Under the pieces are notes generated by a model, which did no database searches, was not told where the DNA came from, and saw only the letters and a program-made list of their open reading frames with translations. A program made the position numbers and the translations under genes. Of a DNA stretch of 64,000 nt, positions 60,301 to 64,000 are shown one piece after another. Where the stretch lies: positions 100,368 to 164,367 of the forward strand of contig JBBAAQ010000001.1 of NCBI GenBank assembly GCA_041658255.1. The letters are read 5' to 3'. The DNA is from Candidatus Woesearchaeota archaeon (GTDB lineage Archaea; Nanobdellota; Nanobdellia; Woesearchaeales; UBA9642). Position 1 is the stretch's first letter, and the number at the start of each line of letters is the position of its first letter.

Positions 60301-60530
60301 CTGGCGGAAAGAATGGGGCACTACTCATCAATTCGCGTGAACCAGGAAAAACGTCATGTGCGCAATTATTTAGTACATCAAATTATTGGAATGAACCTAA
60401 TGGCCAAACAGGATCTGCTGGCGCAGCTATCGCGCGATGTAATGATCAGTGTCAAGTGCAATGTCAATTATATGTGAGTGGTACTAATACAACAATTGTA
60501 ACGAAATCATGGAATGGAATAATGCCGTAA
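54327..60530 (+). CDS. giant (2067 aa) Cys-rich secreted/anchored surface protein with MopE-like putative metal-binding repeats and CGDG Cys-rich repeats
   Basis: N-terminal TM/signal; recurring NCG.CGN.C; C.NG.DDNC.G..DE (MopE-like); ICGDN..GSEQCDDGN..GDGCS; internal near-identical ~106-aa modules. Confidence 0.7.
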   Translation: MIKSSVRRLMMNKRVLYLFFLLFILGMLSIFIIPYVSAATAVAGDEGSGGGGTCIPTTCTALGKTCGSWSDGCSATLNCGTCNSGYTCTSGQCVADATSCTTTGCSNGYICDLWGGVFASPYCSCPSGTVQITHYDYTLNRTIIDRTYTGYQGCSVEVSPGVWTQIQCVNTQTDSQNCGWCGNACSSGLSCVSGNCQCPTGQTLCNGACVGTVSDPANCGRCGNVCYAPNTKCYSGSCVQCIKAIFDCPDGPYECINNRCVLRCESPNFCGPVNSLNTDSDEDRKANCVGSDWCLSCINGYANCNANSGCETDITTTSNCGSCGNVCTASNRCPAGTSTLFYISPTCSGTCGTVSTGSSPCASSSYCSNNIYYIQPGVCNGLGTACALGIAQAQPRLGETKSCIDSSTLRTTTYNTCDANGYIGTSNDVNCPVVYGAGWTCQVVFGVPQCKRPQTFWWKMDSDGDGHYVGSAVESSTSPGTGYVVVSSQNVLSDDCNDNNAAIYPGATELCNGVDDNCVNGADETFALGEVCSSPANNCGKTSLGNTVCNTAQTGVTCNAQKPADASPAPNTPYTSPANNCGATNTGVYVCNADKISTSGNVQKPVDASPAPNTACTSAPNNLGATASGYYQCSADKLSTYCNAVKPADGCSGTPPTTSCGTCGTMTALCSGTIWTYTGASCSSTGTTQPQSCLAVSGCSGSLTQTCTLQGSNYNWVSGSCSSLLNYCAGTCIAAACCTLNSESCNGADDNCNGIIDDPWKSGSPKLGDSYTSPANSCDAKNSGTWVCNNDGSGITGSVAAPANPSPAPNTACTSSANSCGATNTGTYLCAANGLSTSCSAFAPPNPSLAPGTVCTSLPNNLGATAQGQFQCSADKLSTYCDAITPAPGCTGSAPTTSCGTCGTITALCSGTTWTYTGATCSATGNTQPQSCLAASGCSGSLTQTCTLQGSNYNWVSGSCSSLLNYCAGQCTNQSCCSLLSESCNGADDNCNGIIDDPWKAPANPKLTDVCTATNICGTNTGAQVCTVDGTGITCSVTPPVMPLNYGTPCNSTPNNCGTTTPGTIKCDGTCSATKPLDVASCCAGTPASRSCTDPNCGTQTQLCSGSVWTYTGASCAGTGATTTQPCTINSCSGTQSRNCQLSGLWTGWGTCVATNPQQETCNGVDDNCDSKIDNELSLISRSCTVGNGSCTRTGTQTQVCNGISGLGWGVCSVTPGTPTAETCNNIDDNCDGTVDEWPTCNICGDNRLGGSEQCDDGNTVSGDGCSATCRTEGDGSCNSLCGLLFPACQSGFSCEWSGIVQRCRNTACSTDSTCGCCTQSGCNDNNGCTTDVCTTGVGCSNAARTGASCGTNPLACSENLAVIKNYACSATGSCDDALASDTTTNCGNTNYCSGFTNTCVACASNTANCDQANADCESHLLTDMNNCGTCGNKCGASQTCSAGSCVTPGTWYRDVDGDGYGTPANSVLNLTQPAGYANNPADCNDNNFAIKPTATEYCDTIDQNCNGLIDETCDKDGDMYADPTLACVGSFRAGNGLIYGCATNGLDCNDNSATTYPNAPEICGVRGGNGIKENCAASVADVGCSICGDKTINTPNGLGVNEECDYGSWCMTNLGVKTVCSQDTDCAGIGDGLCLPRDSVNCSAQCMSTGCAITGLSITPIDCQDRAIDEKICTTGNTLNISIQFSGADCAKANIVQIDYHDQNRTCMITTTSTQILGITKSFFTGGNGTYVFTYVFPTIPSSCSGAPLKQAEAGLYTGNIANMQTTWIQRTNSIAPFPGISPTVILYDASQLCTATCPEAAILANELGTYTDIATAVKTNPAAKQKFMNFLKNENCFTRSAQKLRNAYCGFEKNTATNVITYKTNTTVKIGLPSLKEIEASCTILYPIGAAPTISVSAKGGSGTYHYAYTFGDGKTVNSTTSTATIPNATQTTGGYEPRVIITDSKRNTREIVCPKINITSTDSSSRGYCGDGKLNDGEYCDYANTTMVSGGKNGALLINSREPGKTSCAQLFSTSNYWNEPNGQTGSAGAAIARCNDQCQVQCQLYVSGTNTTIVTKSWNGIMP
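56180..57620 (+). repeat. tandem ~720-bp intragenic duplication (two ~240-aa modules, cores >90% identical at the nucleotide level)
   Basis: 56278..56522 and 56995..57240 nearly identical (..TTSCGTCGT.TALCSGT.WTYTGA.CS.TG.TQPQSCLA.SGCSGSLTQTCTLQGSNYNWVSGSCSSLLNYCAG..). Confidence 0.75.
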
Positions 60531-60616
60531 GAAACTATGCAAAAACAAACTCTTCCGTTCATACACCAATAAACATATAAATACATCTACACTTGAAAGA
60601 GTAGGCACATCACCAA

Positions 60617-61015
60617 GTGCCTGAATTCGAGGTAACACTTATGGACAAAACAAATTATGCATTAATCTTGATTGTAGGAATTGTTGCAGTTGTCGGTATT
60701 GTTGCGATGATTGTGGCAACATCCTCATCAAATACTGAAGTATCTTCGAGCATCACGGGTAATGTTGTTGATGTCCCAAAAATTACTACACCAACAATGG
60801 CACAAGTCCAGTGTACTGATGGTAATGATGATACGACTGATGGTTGTGTGAATTATATGAACGCGCGATGCGGGGACGGATATCTCTACGCCGGTGTCGA
60901 ACAATGTGAGACAACAACACTGCAGGGACAATCGTGCCAGAGTTTCGGATATGCGGGCGGAGCATTGAGATGCACACAAGATTGTGTCTTTGATACGAGC
61001 GAATGTTATAATTAG
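60617..61015 (+). CDS. small membrane-anchored Cys-rich protein (CGDG-type Cys-rich repeat)
   Basis: N-terminal TM; RCGDGYLYAGVEQCE..QSCQSFGYAGGALRCTQDC. Confidence 0.5.
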   Translation: MPEFEVTLMDKTNYALILIVGIVAVVGIVAMIVATSSSNTEVSSSITGNVVDVPKITTPTMAQVQCTDGNDDTTDGCVNYMNARCGDGYLYAGVEQCETTTLQGQSCQSFGYAGGALRCTQDCVFDTSECYN

Positions 61016-61923
61016 TTTTTTTGGATTCTTTTTCTATATTCTTTGAGATATGTTTTTATAATATATGATATGAATGTTTCTTCTTTGTTTCTCATTTGGC
61101 TTCGCTCTAGTGCCGTGTAATACGCATTTCTGTTTGTATATTCAATATTGAGCATCGGATAACCTAAGCCACTGAGCGTGTGATTCATCATTAATCGTGA
61201 TATCCTTCCATTCCCATCACTAAACGGATGTATAGTTACGAACTTCAAATGCACTAGTGCCGCCATTAGTACTGGATTTATTTTTCCATAATATTTATTG
61301 TACCACGTAAAAAATTCTTTTAGTAATGTTTCTAATTCTGCAGGTAGTGGCAGTTCTACGTTGCTTCTTGCTATTGCTATAGGATGTTTCCGTATCATTC
61401 CTGCTATTTCCGGATCAGAATTCTTGAATAATCCTTTATGCCAGTAGAGGATGGTCGCTAAATTAAGCTTTTTTTTAAATTCTAACATCTCATAGAAGAT
61501 TTTCTTATGCGTTTCTGCCTCCTTGACAAATTTTAATGCCTTATGTTTTGGAGTGATTTGTTCTTGAAGTAAATCCGCTGTTTCTTTTAGTGTTAATGTA
61601 CTGCCTTCTATCCTGTTCGTATTATACGTGAATTTGATCATGAATGATTCAATATATTTTTCTTTTGAAGATTGCGGATACTTCTTATATTCTTTAATCC
61701 AAGATTTTTTGATTGCTTCTAATGTAGTGTCGTATAATCCGGTGAATAGTTCATAAAGAAATTTTTCTTTTATTTCATCAATATTTTTTGGCAGAGTATT
61801 GCCTAAATATTGTCTCTTGTTTTCAAAATTTTTACCAACCCGTAGTGTATGCTCGAGATAGTAATTTTTCTTTGTTCCCTGATTGATTATTCGGATATTG
61901 ACCATAAATATGGTATACGTCAC
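61012..61923 (-). CDS. Fic family protein (canonical motif)
   Basis: HPFSDGNGRISRLMM. Confidence 0.75.
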   Translation of the reverse strand: MTYTIFMVNIRIINQGTKKNYYLEHTLRVGKNFENKRQYLGNTLPKNIDEIKEKFLYELFTGLYDTTLEAIKKSWIKEYKKYPQSSKEKYIESFMIKFTYNTNRIEGSTLTLKETADLLQEQITPKHKALKFVKEAETHKKIFYEMLEFKKKLNLATILYWHKGLFKNSDPEIAGMIRKHPIAIARSNVELPLPAELETLLKEFFTWYNKYYGKINPVLMAALVHLKFVTIHPFSDGNGRISRLMMNHTLSGLGYPMLNIEYTNRNAYYTALERSQMRNKEETFISYIIKTYLKEYRKRIQKN

Positions 61924-62042
61924 AAATATATAAATTTAACTAATTTTAATGAAATGTGACGTATATCCCTTCTCTTATTGTGCTATTAAGACAATAATTT
62001 CAACGTCTGTAAAAGAACACCTTTAAAAATCCCATTCTATTT

Positions 62043-62300
62043 CTCATCTCGTGCTAGACTGGGCGGTTAGTCCTCGCCTGTTACTCCAAACGGACTTTAG
62101 GGAGGGTCGAAGCCTAGGGAGCGGTTTTATGGATAGTGGCAGTCCTTAACGTACTGTCGATCCTTTGTCCTCTTTGACTTTTTTCCTTACGAACCGGATC
62201 AGACCAGGAATGGAGCAGTCCTCAGTTTTGAGAAGGGTGCTTTGAGGGTTGCGGAGGGGAGGGAAATTAAGGAACCAACTGTTCACTATCCACATCATCC
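62043..62300 (+). ncRNA. ffs: candidate SRP RNA (GC-rich island with a domain-IV-like motif)
   Basis: ccGGAUCAGACCA-GGAA-UGGAGCAGUCC resembles SRP helix 8 (GNRA-type loop, 5' UCAG / 3' AGCAG asymmetric loop); pyrimidine-rich strand opposite GGAGGGGAGGG suggests G-U-rich helices; local GC far above background; boundaries approximate. Confidence 0.45.
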
Positions 62301-62328
62301 ATCCTTAGGCGTGCACACTTCTTTCATT

Positions 62329-63225
62329 TTAAGCGCTCGTGATTCTTTGGTGTGCATATATTTTTTCAGATTTTTTTTGTTGACTTATTTTTGCCAGATC
62401 CTTCATTTCAAGTATCCGTGTCCTTTGAGTATATTCGAATTTTATCAAGTGAATACATTCTTGTTTACTATACAAATACATATTAATTTCGAAATCTGTC
62501 GGCGCATATATTTTTTGGATGGGATCAAATGTTTTGTGGGCGAGTGTAATAAAATCAGTGTCCCGGGTGAAAAAATTAATGATCCTTCCGTTTGTTGTTG
62601 CATACTTGAATATTTCGAAAAATATCTTGTCATCATTTGTGGGGATTTTTCCTATATGCTTTGATAGCAAGAGATACGATTCATGGAGTCCCTGCTCTAT
62701 TTTATAGTATGTCCACCCGCCTGTTTGCATAAATGCTTCAAGTGATGTTCTATTGTTATTAACAATGTGCCGTTTCGCAGTAATGCTTGTGTTGATAATA
62801 TTATCTCTCTGTTGGTGAATAGTATTTTCTTTGTAGGCGTGATATCCGTTTTGCATATTTTTCTTTTTGCGTTGAATATCTCTTTGTCTGTTCCCATTCT
62901 TATTAGTCTTGTATGATGCAAGCTTTTTTGGACCGAATAATTCTTCTGCAACAGTCGGACTAATGCCAACACTCGAATGACTCATCAATTTACCTAGCTT
63001 TTGATGAAGCGATTCTACTTGTTTAAGAATTATCTGGTATTCTCCCGGATACTTGTGGAGTATGTTTTCAATAGCGGCCCTCTTATCGAGTGCAATCTCC
63101 TCACCATTGTCATATGCGAGCGGGTTAAACATATTTGTGTCGAGAAATGTATCTTTTGTTTTTCCCCGTATACTCATTTGTTCGATGGTGTGAATATATT
63201 CGTCAATCGAATAATGGATAAGCAT
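62329..63225 (-). CDS. hypothetical protein
   Basis: 298-aa ORF. Confidence 0.4.
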   Translation of the reverse strand: MLIHYSIDEYIHTIEQMSIRGKTKDTFLDTNMFNPLAYDNGEEIALDKRAAIENILHKYPGEYQIILKQVESLHQKLGKLMSHSSVGISPTVAEELFGPKKLASYKTNKNGNRQRDIQRKKKNMQNGYHAYKENTIHQQRDNIINTSITAKRHIVNNNRTSLEAFMQTGGWTYYKIEQGLHESYLLLSKHIGKIPTNDDKIFFEIFKYATTNGRIINFFTRDTDFITLAHKTFDPIQKIYAPTDFEINMYLYSKQECIHLIKFEYTQRTRILEMKDLAKISQQKKSEKIYAHQRITSA

Positions 63226-63294
63226 GGAGCATCAAATACTACGTCGCTTTTAAATTTAACTATTTAGGAGTGGTATCTTGTTTGTGTTTTATTT

Positions 63295-63972
63295 TTAGTT
63301 GCCATTTTGTGCAATGATGATGAGTCGATCGTGTTTTTGCGCCGTAGGATTCTTCGGGGGGAGTATCTTCTTTTCAAGAATGTGATATCCTGCTTCTTGT
63401 ACACTTGCAATGGTTTCCGGAATGCTCTTTGGCCTTGTACGGGAAAAATATGCAGGTAATCCATAATCGACGACATTATTAGTCATCACAATCCCATCTT
63501 TTTTAATGAAATCTTTTAAGATAATAAGGAAGAGTTTATATTCAATATAATTGAATACGTGGGAGACAATGACTGCATCAAATTTTTCTTTGCCTGCAAT
63601 TTTTTGCAGAAGTTCTTGTGTACGTTTTTTGAGGACAAGAAATGAATCTCCGGCGATACTATTCAGATCGCAATAGATGGGGCTTGCTTGTGGGTATTTT
63701 TTTGCAATCCATTCAAGAACATGGCGATCATTCTCCCAGTAAAAAATATGTGTGCCTTTTTCTGGAAATCCTTCTGGGGTGATTAACGGATTAAAAAATG
63801 GTCCGACTTCGAGAATAGTTTTTCCAATTTCCGTGCGATATTTTTTAATAAATGGAAGAAGTTCTTTGCTCCCTGCAATCATGCGTTCGCGTGCATGAAT
63901 ATCGAATTCTTTTCCAAAGGGATTTTCTTTGAGCGGCCAACCCGGCCAGTCGTATGTTGGTTCGTTCATCAT
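63295..63972 (-). CDS. class I SAM-dependent methyltransferase (putative)
   Basis: TILEVGPFFNP resembles motif I; acidic motif II-like DAVIVSHV. Confidence 0.5.
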   Translation of the reverse strand: MMNEPTYDWPGWPLKENPFGKEFDIHARERMIAGSKELLPFIKKYRTEIGKTILEVGPFFNPLITPEGFPEKGTHIFYWENDRHVLEWIAKKYPQASPIYCDLNSIAGDSFLVLKKRTQELLQKIAGKEKFDAVIVSHVFNYIEYKLFLIILKDFIKKDGIVMTNNVVDYGLPAYFSRTRPKSIPETIASVQEAGYHILEKKILPPKNPTAQKHDRLIIIAQNGN

Positions 63973-64000
63973 GTCTGATAACTCTCATTATGTTACAATA

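Noticed and set aside
62242-62664. 140-aa plus-strand ORF (MRVAEGREIKEPTVHY...)
   Set aside because: It overlaps the GC-rich SRP-RNA-like island and the 3' end of the 62329..63225 gene on the other strand. It is probably a non-coding artefact.
1-64000. CRISPR arrays / cas genes
   Set aside because: No regularly spaced short direct repeats were seen. The repeats found are single pairs (71 nt, 121 nt) or promoter motifs.

Overview
This is an AT-rich (~35% GC), gene-dense prokaryotic fragment that uses the standard stop set: TAA, TGA and TAG all terminate well-defined ORFs. Its gene content mixes archaeal-flavoured and bacterial-flavoured genes. The archaeal-flavoured ones are a presenilin/SPP-like A22 protease, TruD/Pus7, a HerA-like ATPase, a DUF43-like DPPY protein, and leaderless genes with TATA-like boxes. 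The bacterial-flavoured ones are a long RelA/SpoT homolog, Cfa synthase and a FlgD-Ig/T9SS-like domain. It is most likely from an uncultivated small-genome lineage (a DPANN-type archaeon or a CPR-type bacterium); the sequence alone cannot decide which.

Recognisable housekeeping genes are adk, pgk, truD, relA/spoT-like, several GATase1 paralogs, an ABC-2 transporter pair, a Na+/solute symporter, DedA, an M29 aminopeptidase, and an SRP-RNA-like GC-rich island.

Accessory content includes two Fic proteins, a VapBC-like pair with an in-frame stop in vapC, and an AbiEi/AbiEii pair truncated by an IS-transposase remnant. There is also a 1622-aa subtilisin fused to a nucleotide-pyrophosphatase-like domain, and a 2067-aa Cys-rich surface protein with near-identical internal repeats.

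Three candidate novel systems stand out.
(1) A tightly coupled seven-gene + strand operon (5.4-16.2 kb) of unknown proteins. It ends in two translationally coupled large proteins, each with an Hsp90/GHKL-type ATPase N-terminus, the second of which is membrane-anchored with a long coiled coil.
(2) A RiPP-like cluster at 47.4-51.8 kb. It has a 28-aa Cys-terminated peptide with a strong SD, a radical-SAM/SPASM enzyme, a MetRS-like class-I aaRS paralog, a DPPY methyltransferase-fold protein and a degenerate MBL-like protein.
(3) A 3.8-kb cassette bounded by 71-bp direct repeats. It carries a HerA-like ATPase translationally coupled to a minimal nucleotidyltransferase, plus a ~160-nt long-stem hairpin element.

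Other observations are a shared upstream motif linking the relA-like, PNPOx-like and Fic genes, and a duplicated promoter plus signal-peptide module flanking the VapBC locus.
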